This document shows positions 26,205 to 36,652 of a stretch of 64,000 bases of DNA, one piece after another; the first letter of the stretch is position 1; each line of letters starts with the position of its first letter. Location of the stretch: contig NC_043004.1 in assembly GCF_006345805.1 (NCBI RefSeq), forward strand, positions 58,900,001-58,964,000, written 5' to 3'. Below the pieces are notes generated by a model, which searched no databases, had not been told where the DNA came from, and was given only the letters and a program-made list of their open reading frames with translations. Source of the stretch: Octopus sinensis (Eukaryota). Both the position numbers and the translations under genes were made by a program.

Positions 26205-26448
26205 ATGTAAAGACAGACGAAATACCTATTTCGTTACTACCCACAAGGGGCTAAACACAGAAAGGACAGACGAACGGATTAAGTCGATTATATCGACCCC
26301 AGTGCGTAACTGGTACTTATTTAATCAACCCCGAAAGGATGAAAGGTAAAGTTGACCTCGGCGGAATTTGAACTCAGAACGTAGCGGCAGATGAAATACC
26401 GCTAAGCATTTCGCCCGGTGTGCTAACGTTTTTGCCTGCTCACCACCT
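26205..26448 (-). mobile_element. SINE family B
   Basis: Match to the family sequence. Confidence 0.85.
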
Positions 26449-26609
26449 TCCTGAATCTATAACTATTAAACCAAAGATATACAGGATTAATATTCAGGCT
26501 ATACTTGTAAGAAGAAAGAGGTATTTTCTTGAAAATTCAGAGGTTAACTATGGTAACAAACTGCTTCTAATCATAATAATGAAAAGATTATAATTACAAA
26601 TACAAGCAA

Positions 26610-27000
26610 CTGAAATGGGGGTTTCTATGAAGGGTTTTTGGAGTGACATTACTCAATAGTGTACATACCTCAGAGTTCAGAGAGGTGCTTCAGACAGCCG
26701 CCACTTTGAGACGAGAAATCATGGCTCTGGTACCAAGAACATGTAGCAAAAATATCTCAAGAAAGAATCACGGAACACATTTTATGTGCAAAAGCAACCA
26801 ACAGGAGACCCACGGTTAGGCTACAAGTAAGCTGGTTGGATAACATCTATGAGTTCAGTTGGTCTCCTTGCTTGGGTGATCCTGCCAGATCGATTGGAGA
26901 TGACTGCCACTGACTGGACTTAATGGAAGGCATGCTTGAGGACTTTGCCTCCATGACCCACCCAGAAATAAGTGGGCAAATGAGGTGAGATGAGATCTAT
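26610..27000 (+). mobile_element. Highly degraded LINE 3' ORF remnant
   Basis: Raised GC and a residual RRP..R....WLDNI-like translation. Confidence 0.4.
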
Positions 27001-27251
27001 GGAAACATACTTTTTGCTGTTGTAATACATAGTCATATAATTGCTGTTTATATATAGTAGCAGCTCTCAACCTTTTGTAGCTCTGTGTGCCCCCTTTCAC
27101 AGAACTTTAGAAATACTCCCTATATATATGTAGCATGTGTGTGAAAAAAATTTATGGAAATTACTAAAGAAGGTGAGGTCTTAATGAACTGTTTCACATT
27201 TAGTAACTAGATGGGTGATTGATCAACTTTGCATCAAATCAGAGATGGCTC

Positions 27252-27838
27252 TGTACAGTCACTGGAAGTAACTTGCACGGACACCGGAAATATATCTGCC
27301 ATCAACAGAGAAAACAAAGCAACTACCCCCAGCGACTTGCCTGACCTTTCATTGGACAAAAGCTACCTGCCTGCCATTCTATTGGACACTGGCTAAACAT
27401 CACTGCTGATATTTTTGTATAAATAGACGTCATAAATCGCTGTAAAAGCAGTTGGCTTTTTGGCACTCGACCGATGTAAATCGTGTCCCTCTCGCCTGCC
27501 ACGCTCGCCACTCACGCCGCCTCGAACCTTTGTACTGCTATTTCACGCCTAAAATAAATCGCTGTATAAACTTACACCTCTTGTCTGCTCGTCCTTTCAA
27601 CTACTGCTTTCATCTGTCCAGTTTTGCTGATTACGACCACAGTCCTTTTCAGGGTTAATTCAAGTCTGATCTGAATGCGATAACAGTCCTTTTTAGGACT
27701 ACTCTCAGACCCGATCTAATTATGATAATAGTCCTTTTTAGGACTATTCTTGGATCGGATCTAATTGTGATAACCGTCCTTTTAAGGACTACACTCAGAT
27801 CAGACCAGAAGTAGTGGCCAAGAATCATACCCGCTACA
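27252..27838. mobile_element. Solo LTR (Ty3/Gypsy-like)
   Basis: TGTA...TACA termini, 4-bp TSD GCTC, internal TATAAA and AATAAA, ~45-bp tandem repeats at 27640-27800. Confidence 0.85.
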
Positions 27839-27950
27839 GCTCTTATGGGTTTCCCTATATATAAAGGGAAATAACTGCAACTGAAAATCTAGTTTTTACT
27901 CATTACATCACGATTTTGAAACAAATTCTAATGGAACCATTAAAATACGT

Positions 27951-28148
27951 TTAACCCTTTCATTACCAACCCGGCTGAAACCGGCTCTGGCTCTGAGTAC
28001 AAATGTCTTGTTTTCATAAGTTTTGAATTAAAATCTTCCACCAAATCTTTGTCACAATTTATGTCCATAACACTATTTTACTAAATTCTTCGTTGTATTT
28101 AAAGTAATTGAAAGAAACACAGAGCATCTCAAAATAAAATACAGTAAT
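27951..28148. mobile_element. MITE-1 truncated by a SINE
   Basis: Left TIR intact; right TIR cut at cagtaat. Confidence 0.8.
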
Positions 28149-28320
28149 AGGCGCAGGAGCGGCTGTGTGGTAAGTAGCTTGTCTACCAACCACATGGTTC
28201 CGGGTTCAGTTCCACTGCGTGGCACCTTAGGTAAGTGTCTTCTACTAAAGCCTTGGGCCGACCAAAGCCTTGTGAGTGGATTTGGTAGACGGAAACTGAA
28301 AGAAGCCCGTCGTATATATG

Positions 28321-28359
<39 letters not shown>

Positions 28360-28572
28360 TATATGCGTGTGTGTGTTTGTGTGTCTGTGTTTGTCCCCTA
28401 GCATTGCTGGTGTGTTTATGTCCCCGTCACTTAGCGGTTCGGCAAAAGAGACCGATAGAATAAGTACTGGGCTTTCAAAGAATAAGTCCCGGGTTCGAGT
28501 TCCTCGACTAAAGGCAGTGCTCCAGCATGGCCCCAGTCAAATGACTGAAACAAGTAAAAGAGTAAAAAGAGT
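28149..28572 (+). mobile_element. SINE family A
   Basis: Match to the family sequence; abuts a truncated MITE. Confidence 0.88.
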
Positions 28573-28825
28573 ATTCCTTGTAGTGGTTTATATTTTCTGA
28601 TAATATCCCATTCAGTATGTAACATCTTTTATGATTACTTCGCCAAATGTAATGCTTGTTTAGTCACACTGTTTTGAATTAATCATACATTATCTGGCTG
28701 GTTTGAGCATAAAACAGCCTCCTACTCTTACTTTAAACTTAGTTCTGTTATGAGGCCCAAAATGTCTTATGGCCAGAACTTAAACCCTCTATCCATGGTG
28801 TATAAGTGCATGAAATTATAATTTA

Positions 28826-29030
28826 AGGCAGCGAGCTGGCAGAAACGTTAGCAAGCCAGGCGAAATGCTTTCTGTTATTTCGTCCGCTTCTGCATTCTGA
28901 GTTCAAATTCCGCTGAGGTCGATTTTGCCTTTCATCTTTTCGGGGTCGATAAATTAAGTACCAGTTACGCACTGGGGTCAATGTAATCGACTTAATCTGT
29001 TTGTCTGTCCTTGTTTGTCCCCTGTGGGCA
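28826..29030 (+). mobile_element. SINE family B
   Basis: ggcagcgagctggcagaaacgttagc...gggtcgataaattaagtacc. Confidence 0.85.
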
Positions 29031-29268
29031 ATCAAAAATAAATAAAAAAAAAAAGAAATTATAACTCACCTGGTTGAACAGGACACTGGTCCATCGCAGG
29101 GTTAAATTCTCAGTCATTGCTGAAACTTATTTTCACCTGAGTGGATTGGAGCAATGTGAAATGAAGGCGTTTTTGCCCAAGAAGACAATATACTGCTTAG
29201 TCTGGGAATCGAAACCACTATCTTTTTATTTTTAGTGAAACACCTTGACCACTAGGCTATGTGCGATC

Positions 29269-29314
<46 letters not shown>

Positions 29315-29380
29315 GGTCCCGGGTTGATCCGGGGTTAACCACAGTAAGTAAGGTACTCAATACATAGCAGAGTAAAATTA

Positions 29381-29496
29381 ATTTATTATATAGAAGGAGC
29401 TTCTACAGGACTAGTACTGTTTCATTCAAGAGAAATCTTCAGGAAGATTTCTCTTGAATGAAACAGTACTAGTCCTGTAGAAGCTCCTTCTATATA

Positions 29497-29502
<6 letters not shown>
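29381..29502. repeat. Perfect inverted repeat with 60-bp arms and a 2-nt spacer
   Basis: 29381-29440 is the exact reverse complement of 29443-29502. Confidence 0.97.
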
Positions 29503-29590
<88 letters not shown>

Positions 29591-29604
29591 TATATAATAT
29601 ATAT

Positions 29605-29635
<31 letters not shown>
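29501..29635. repeat. (TA)n microsatellite
   Basis: Directly visible. Confidence 0.95.
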
Positions 29636-29838
29636 AATAAAATAATATATGACAATTATTCGGTAGCCAAGATGAAACTCTGAGTTTCGGATGCCGAGGT
29701 GGAAATCCACAACACCATCACTTCGGTTATCTGGCCATCTTACCGTTTTTACCAATATATATATATAAAATGTGACCTCGTGTGTACCGTTGGCGATTTT
29801 TTTCCTCTGTCTTCCCTTCTCTGGATCTTTCCTTCTAT

Positions 29839-29873
29839 GTTTCTGCCGAAGAGCTCCGCTCGAAACGTTAAAC
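29839..29873 (+). ncRNA. Hammerhead-like motif with a mutated core
   Basis: GTTT-CTGCCGA-A-GAGC(TCC)GCTC-GAAA-CG-TT-AAAC. Confidence 0.55.
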
Positions 29874-30344
29874 CCTCCTTCTTCCCTTCTTTCCTGAGCG
29901 TCCTATAATACTATACTTGTTCCACGTCCTCGCGTTGTTGTGTATTTTTGTTTTCTTGTTTGGATTAACTTTATATATATATATATATAATTGCTGTGTT
30001 GAGGTGCTTATCCTCCCTGTTTGAAGACTTAAAGACGCAGGACGTTTGTGTCCCATAGCCGAATGGAAAGGATGTTTCCTCAGGCTAAATGGCAGAAGCA
30101 TTTTCCCCTTTCCTGAGACTGCCACATTAAGTTGGCAACAAACCATCATTTTATATAATTTCTTTATTTGTGTACTTATCCACGAATGCTGTCCTGAGCA
30201 CGCATTCTCATTGTTCGACATGTATGTACATGTGTGTGTGTGTGTGTGTTCTCCCCCCCCCCACACACACTGCTTGACAACCGATGATAATTGTTTACGT
30301 GCCCATAACTTAGAGGTTCGGCAAAAGAAATCGATAGAATAAGT

Positions 30345-30539
30345 CAGTGGTTTTCAACCAGGGTTCCGCCAGTCCAGTGGTTCCGCAAGAAGTTACAAAA
30401 ATGCTAAAATCGGCAGTAATTTTTAATTCTCCTGTGCAGATATGTGTGCATAAGACTATTAAATTATTGCACAGGGGTTCCTTGAGCCAGTGGAATGTTT
30501 ACTTGGGGTTCCGCTCCATAAAAAGTTTGAAAAGCACTG
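30345..30539. mobile_element. hAT-type MITE inserted in a SINE A remnant
   Basis: TIRs cagtggttttcaa / ttgaaaagcactg and an 8-bp TSD GAATAAGT. Confidence 0.88.
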
Positions 30540-31183
30540 GAATAAGTACTAGACTTAAGAAAATGCCCCAGCATGACCACAATCCAATGACCAAAATAAG
30601 TAAAACAAAAAAAGGTAAATGATAAAAATAAAAGACGAAACAAAAAAAAAATCACTGTAAATGTAATCCGTAAATATATAATCGAATGGGGTAAGCGCAA
30701 GCCATTACACATCGATGAGCTGTTAGAATCGATAGAGCATCGGAAAAAATGGCTTTGCGCTATTTATTCCAACCCAATGTACAAATCCCGCCGAAGTCAA
30801 CGTGGTCAGTAATTCCTCAGGAGTCAATAAACTAATGTACCAATCAAGTAAGGGACTTGATGGTATCGACTAACCCTCTTTCTCTGAAAATATCTGACCT
30901 TGTACATTAAGTATTCTTTCTTTTCTCTTTCTTTTACTTGTTTCAGTCATTTGACTGCGGCCATGCTGGAGCACCGCCTTTTAGTCGAGCAACTCGACCC
31001 CGGGACTTATTCTTTTTGTAAGCCCAGTACTTATTCTATCGGTCTCTTTTTGCCGAACCGTTAAGTGACGGGGACGTAAACACACCAGCATCGGTTGTCA
31101 AGCAATGCTAGGGGAACAAACACAGACACACAAACACACACACATACATATATATATATATACATATATATACATATATATAC

Positions 31184-34100
31184 ATGCCGTCCCCAGTCAA
31201 ATTCCCTCACACCGCTTATTGTCACGTGTCCCTTGACCTCTCTCTCTAAACTAACCCTATCTCTCTCTCGCTATGTCCCCCCTTCCCATAACCATCATCG
31301 CCATGGTCCTCTATGCCCCCCCCTCCCCAAAACCATCATCGCCATACATAAAAGAGCGATCGCATTTATCGTTAACCCCACTCGCTTCAAAATATCTAAA
31401 GAATACGCACAGATCATGAATGGCTAAAAGTTAAGTGAATCGTTCCAACCTCGCTACGACTACCTTCTTCTTGCACTTATCCTTATTCTTTCTTTATTCT
31501 TCAATTTCCATCTCATTGTATTGTCCCTCATTCTTTCAGTATTCCCTCATTACCCTGTCTAGCTCAAACATTTTTTTTTTTTTTTTCGTTTAGACTTGTC
31601 TCCAGGTTCATAGCCACTCTGATTTTTCAATTTTTCAATTTTTCAATTTTTCTTAGTATTGTCTCCCGATTCATACAAACCCATTTGCTAGCTCACGATT
31701 AACAGAACCTCTTTACTCAGCTACGGTGCACCGCCCTCCCACACCCACCACGCATGCCGGAAGTTCCTATTCTCTTCCATCCGGGGGTTGCTTCCCATGA
31801 AGACTGCAAATGCTCTCACCATCCCTACCCCTCCCTACCCCTAGTCTCGACCTATGTAAGGTAATGTTCATACAGTGCAAAATATGAAAGCGCGTTAGCG
31901 TTATGCAGGTTGTACTGAAGGCTACTTTACTACTTCATTTCTTGCACATGAATTCTGCCAAATGCGAGCTTTCTTTTCAGGTACACGAAGCTACTGTCCA
32001 CCGTCCCAGGGTCTCTAGAGCCCATGCCTTCCACACCCTCAGGGTTGGCACCCTCAACGTTGGCACTCTGAAAGGTAGGTCTGGTGAGATAGTCGAGATG
32101 CTTGAACGGAGATGTGTGGATATATGTTGCATGCAAGAAATAAGGTGGAGAGGAGGATCAGCTAGGTTCCTCACAGGCAAGGAACGCAGGTACAAGATTT
32201 TCTGGGCAGGGAACACTGACGGGGTTGGTGGCGTGGGTATACTTATCGCTGAGAAATGGGTAGATAAAGTAATTGAGGTAATCAGAGTAAGTGACAGAAT
32301 ACTTAAGATTAGATTAGTGCTTCATCATAGTTTAGCAACCATTATATCAGCCTATGCTCCTCAGTCGGGGCTACCCGATGGACAGAAAGACCGATTCTAT
32401 GACACTCTACTGCAGACTACCTCATTGACGAACGACAGAGACCTTATCTTGTGGCTGGTGACTTCAATGGTCACGTTGGACGACATGCGGGGCTTCCATG
32501 GCGTACATGGAGGCTATGGCTATGGCTCCCGCAATGAGGAGGGAACCAGGCTGCTGGAGTTCTGCAATGCAAATAATCTTATGATTTGCAACACTAACTT
32601 CAGGAAACCTACCAGCCACCTAGTCACTTACCAATCGGGCCAACATACCAGCCAAATTGACTACATCCTTACAAGGCAAAGGGAGAGATGGCTGCTTATA
32701 AATGCCAAAACCTTCCCAGGTGAAGAATGTACCCCACAACATAGACTGGTAGTTAGTGACTTTAGGATCAGGACTAGGAGGACAACCAGAAGACGACAAA
32801 TATGGAGAAGAAGGATCTGGAAGCTTAAAGATCCTGCAAATGGACAGAGATTTAGGGACATATTAGTTGAAGCCTCTGACGAAGTAGAAGGGGATAGAGC
32901 ATCACAGGGGGTAGAAGACAGCTGGACGTTTCTAAGGGACAACCTGCTGAGAGCCACTGACCAGATCTGTGGCTGGTGCAAAGTCCCCTCTCGACCTAGA
33001 ATAACGTGGTGGTGGAACAATATTGTAGACAGGGCTATTAGAGAAAAGAGACAGGCTTGGAAGGTCTGGGAAAATGGGGGTAGCAGGGAATTGTATCAGA
33101 CTGCCAAAAGAGAAGCTAGGAGACAGGTTTATTTAGCGAGAGGGGAAGCAGATAAGAAAAAATTTGCCAATGTTCTGCGCCATGAGGACCAAAGACTGGA
33201 GGTGTTTCGTGTTGCAAGACAGTGTGTGAGAGAGAATCGTGATGTGGTAGGAGAGAAGTGTGTTCGCATGGAAGATGGTTCACTTGCGCTAAATGAGGAT
33301 GCAAAGAGAGAGGTTTGGAGATGCCACTATGAAAGGTTGCTGAATGAAGAAAATGAATGGGATAAAGAGAGTCTGCCGAATGTTGACCCAACAGAGGGAC
33401 CAGCTATCCGAGTTGATAGTTCTGTGGTAGCTAAGGCAATTAGAAGCATGAAGACAGGGAAAGCCCCAGGCCCATCAGGAATCACTGCAGAGATGCTCAA
33501 AATGTCTGGTAGTGTCGGCTATAGCCTAGTCACCCATATAGTTAATCAGGTGATACACAAAGGGGTCATACCCAATGACTGGTGTAGCAGTATAATAGTC
33601 AACTGCTACAAAGGTAAAGGTGATGCCCTAGATACAAATAACTACAGAGGTATCAAGCTGTTGGACCAGGTGATGAAGGTTACGGAGAGGGTCATAGCCC
33701 AACTAATTAGAGAGAGAGTTAGTTTAGATGAGATGCAGTTTGGGTTTGTGCCAGGGAAAAGTACTACTGATGCTATATTCCTGGTAAGGCAGCTGCAGGA
33801 GAAATACCTAGCCAAAGATAAGCCCCTGTACCTGGCTTTTGTTGACATGGAGAAAGCCTTCGACAGGGTCCCCCGATCCCTTATCTGGTGGGCAATGAGA
33901 AAACTAGGGATAGATGAATGGTTAGTGAGAGCTGTGCGGGCCATGTATAGGGACGCCGCTAGTAGGGTGAGGGTTGGAAATGAGTACAGTGAAGAATTCC
34001 GGGTAGAGGTAGGGGTCCACCAAGGCTCAGTACTCAGCCCCCTCCTATTTATCATAGTCCTCCAGGCAATAACGGAGGAATTCAAGACAGGATGCCCTTG

Positions 34101-35677
34101 GGAGCTCCTCTATGCTGATGACCTTGCTCTAATTGCTGAGTCGCTATCAGAACTGGAGGAGAAGTTTCAGGTGTGGAAACAAGGATTAGAATCGAAGGGC
34201 CTCAGAGTCAATCTAGCTAAAACCAAAGTCGTAATCAGTAGGAAGGTAGACAAATCACAAACACCTTCAGGTAGATGGCCCTGCTCGATCTGTAGAAAAG
34301 GTGTAGGTAGAAACTCTATAAGATGCACCAAGTGTAAGCTATGGACACATAAGAGATGCAGCAATGTCAAAGGAAGGCTAACTAGGAAGATGGTTTTTGT
34401 ATGTGGCAGATGCTCAGGAACAATAAACACTGAAAATGCTCTGAGACCAACTTCCGTCACTTTCCAGGGAGAAAAACTAGAAATAGTTGATAGTTTCCGT
34501 TACCTAGGTGACCAAGTCAGCAGCGGGGGCGGGTGTGCTGAAAGTGTAACTGCTAGAGTAAGAATAGCTTGGGCAAAGTTCAGAGAGCTCTTACCTCTGC
34601 TGGTGACAAAAGGCCTCTCGCACAGAGTGAAAGGCAGACTGTATGATGCGTGTGTACGAACAGCCATGCTACATGGCAGTGAAACATGGGCCGTGACTGC
34701 TGAGGATATGCGTAAGCTCGCTAGAAATGAAGCCAGTATGCTCCGATGGATGTGTAATGCCGGTACTCACACTCGGCAGAGTGTAAGTACCTTGAGAGAA
34801 AAGCTGGACCTAAGAAGCATCAGTTGTGGTGTGCAAGAGAGACGTTTGCGCTGGTATGGTCATGTGGCGAGAATGGATGAAGATAGTTGTGTGAAAAAGT
34901 GCCACACCCTAGCGGTTGAGGGAACCTGTGGAAGAGGCAGACCCAGGAAAACCTGGGACGAGGTGGTGAAGCACGACCTTCGAACTTTAGGTCTCACTGA
35001 GGAAATGACTAGAGACCGAGACCTCTGGAAGTGTGCTGTGCGCGAGAAGACCCGGCAGGACAAGTGAGTCCACAACCCGTGGCCTTCTACATGGGATGGA
35101 GCCAGCCTACGTATGCATACCTTCCCTTCTTGGGACACAAAACTCTACTTGTGAAGACGTGTTGAGGCAAGTGAGGATCAGAATCGAAATCGATCAATGG
35201 AAATTGCGGATGTGCTACCAGTGCCGGTGGCATGTCGAAACTCTGCTTGTGAAGACCCATTGAGGCAAGTGAGGATCAGAATCGAAATCGATCAATGGAA
35301 ATCGATCAATGGAAATTGCAGATGTGTTACCAGTGCGGTGGGCATGTAAGAGAACTTTCCGTTTCGCGACCGTTGCCAGCACCGCCCCGTTTCGTGTCCG
35401 TTGCCAGCCTCGCCTGGCCCTCGTGCCGGTGGCACATAAAAAGCACCATCCGTTCGTGGCCGTTTGCCAGCTCTGTCTGGCACCAGTGCGGGTGGCACGT
35501 AAAAAGCACCCACTACACTCACGGAGTGGTTGGCGTTAGGAAGGGCATCCAGCCGTAGAAACACTGCCAGATTTGACTGGGCCTGATGAAGCCTTCTGGC
35601 TTCACAGACCCCAGTAGAACCGTCCAACCCATGCTAGCATGGAAAACGGACGCTAAATGATGATGATGATGATGATG
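31184..35677 (+). mobile_element. Near-full-length RTE-clade LINE
   Basis: Pyrimidine-rich 5' region, a single EN-RT ORF, a 600-nt 3' UTR and a (GAT)n tail. Flanked by ATATATAC (probable TSD) and by the two halves of a SINE. Confidence 0.93.
31903..35067 (+). CDS. RTE LINE polyprotein: APE endonuclease, reverse transcriptase and PHD-like zinc finger
   Basis: EN motifs TLNVGTL, QEIRW, SAYAPQ, IDYIL, QHRLV. RT motifs KAPGPSGI, NYRGIKLL, QFGF, FVDMEKAFDRV, GVHQGSVLSP, YADD. Cys4-His-Cys3 insert. RTE C-terminus RRLRWYGHV...RGRPRKTW. Confidence 0.95.
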   Translation: MQVVLKATLLLHFLHMNSAKCELSFQVHEATVHRPRVSRAHAFHTLRVGTLNVGTLKGRSGEIVEMLERRCVDICCMQEIRWRGGSARFLTGKERRYKIFWAGNTDGVGGVGILIAEKWVDKVIEVIRVSDRILKIRLVLHHSLATIISAYAPQSGLPDGQKDRFYDTLLQTTSLTNDRDLILWLVTSMVTLDDMRGFHGVHGGYGYGSRNEEGTRLLEFCNANNLMICNTNFRKPTSHLVTYQSGQHTSQIDYILTRQRERWLLINAKTFPGEECTPQHRLVVSDFRIRTRRTTRRRQIWRRRIWKLKDPANGQRFRDILVEASDEVEGDRASQGVEDSWTFLRDNLLRATDQICGWCKVPSRPRITWWWNNIVDRAIREKRQAWKVWENGGSRELYQTAKREARRQVYLARGEADKKKFANVLRHEDQRLEVFRVARQCVRENRDVVGEKCVRMEDGSLALNEDAKREVWRCHYERLLNEENEWDKESLPNVDPTEGPAIRVDSSVVAKAIRSMKTGKAPGPSGITAEMLKMSGSVGYSLVTHIVNQVIHKGVIPNDWCSSIIVNCYKGKGDALDTNNYRGIKLLDQVMKVTERVIAQLIRERVSLDEMQFGFVPGKSTTDAIFLVRQLQEKYLAKDKPLYLAFVDMEKAFDRVPRSLIWWAMRKLGIDEWLVRAVRAMYRDAASRVRVGNEYSEEFRVEVGVHQGSVLSPLLFIIVLQAITEEFKTGCPWELLYADDLALIAESLSELEEKFQVWKQGLESKGLRVNLAKTKVVISRKVDKSQTPSGRWPCSICRKGVGRNSIRCTKCKLWTHKRCSNVKGRLTRKMVFVCGRCSGTINTENALRPTSVTFQGEKLEIVDSFRYLGDQVSSGGGCAESVTARVRIAWAKFRELLPLLVTKGLSHRVKGRLYDACVRTAMLHGSETWAVTAEDMRKLARNEASMLRWMCNAGTHTRQSVSTLREKLDLRSISCGVQERRLRWYGHVARMDEDSCVKKCHTLAVEGTCGRGRPRKTWDEVVKHDLRTLGLTEEMTRDRDLWKCAVREKTRQDK

Positions 35678-36652
35678 ATATATACGACAGGCTTCTTTCA
35701 GTTTCCGCCTACCAAATCCACTCACAAGGCATTGGTCAGCCCGGGGCTATAGCAGAAGACACTTGCCCAAGATGCCATGCTGTGGGACTGAACCCGGAAC
35801 CATGTGGTTGGTTAGCAAGCTACTTACCACACGGCCACTCCTGTGTCACATCATGTGACTTTATTTTACAGTAAGCATTTTATCTACCTAGATTTATTTA
35901 CATATGGCCCAGTGTTTTGAATCAGAACAAAGTAACTAATACGAAGATTAACTTAAGCTAAACCTAAACGAAAGCAACAAGGAAACTACCAGCAATTTTC
36001 TTTAGCAAAGGGCACTAACTCTTGCAATAAACACTGTTGGTTATTTTTCTTGAATGTTTTAATTTTATCTCGGTTGTCCTTCGTGGCTTCTCTTGATTTC
36101 GTTTCAAGATCCTTGGTCTTGAGAAATACTTTAAAGACGTACAAGTTTATATATTTTATCGGATCTTGTTAAATTTCTTCCAGTTGTATCAAGTTTTTCA
36201 AATTTTCACCAGATTATTTTCAAAATAAATTTGTTTTGCTAATGACGAAATTCGCATTGATTTTTTTCTTCTTAAAATTTAATTCATTAGTTATCATTTT
36301 AAGATGAATAATTTTAACAAATCGAAAACCTCCAATTACCGACATATCGTGTATGCTGATCTCCTAAACACTCGACCTGCTAGAAATAACAACGAAATCG
36401 TCCTCAAGCAATGCCATAACGTCAAAGAAAAAAAAAAGAAAGAAAGAAAGAAAGAGAGAAAAAAGCAAATAAAAGGACGAAATATTGTTCCACGGTACAA
36501 TGTTTCCACTTCCTGAGAGCGTTTTATTAATAATATTTAAATCAATGGCAATCTCCACGGATGAAATCTTTTAACGAACTCACGATTCTCAGTACACTTA
36601 CTGGGCACAACAGCTTGATATTAAATATATTTTCTTTTGTTAATATTGTAAA

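Larger units (their letters stand above)
30915..35843 (-). mobile_element. SINE family A split by the RTE LINE (halves 30915-31183 and 35678-35843)
   Basis: The 3' half ends in the microsatellite at 31183. The 5' half resumes at atatatacgacaggcttctttc after the LINE tail. Confidence 0.9.

Noticed and set aside
31184-31800. HDV-like ribozyme at the RTE 5' end
   Set aside because: Known in some RTEs, but I could not build the nested double pseudoknot by eye; this copy may be 5'-truncated.
33642-34460. Antisense ORFs inside the LINE
   Set aside because: Shadow frames of the RT coding region with no independent motifs.
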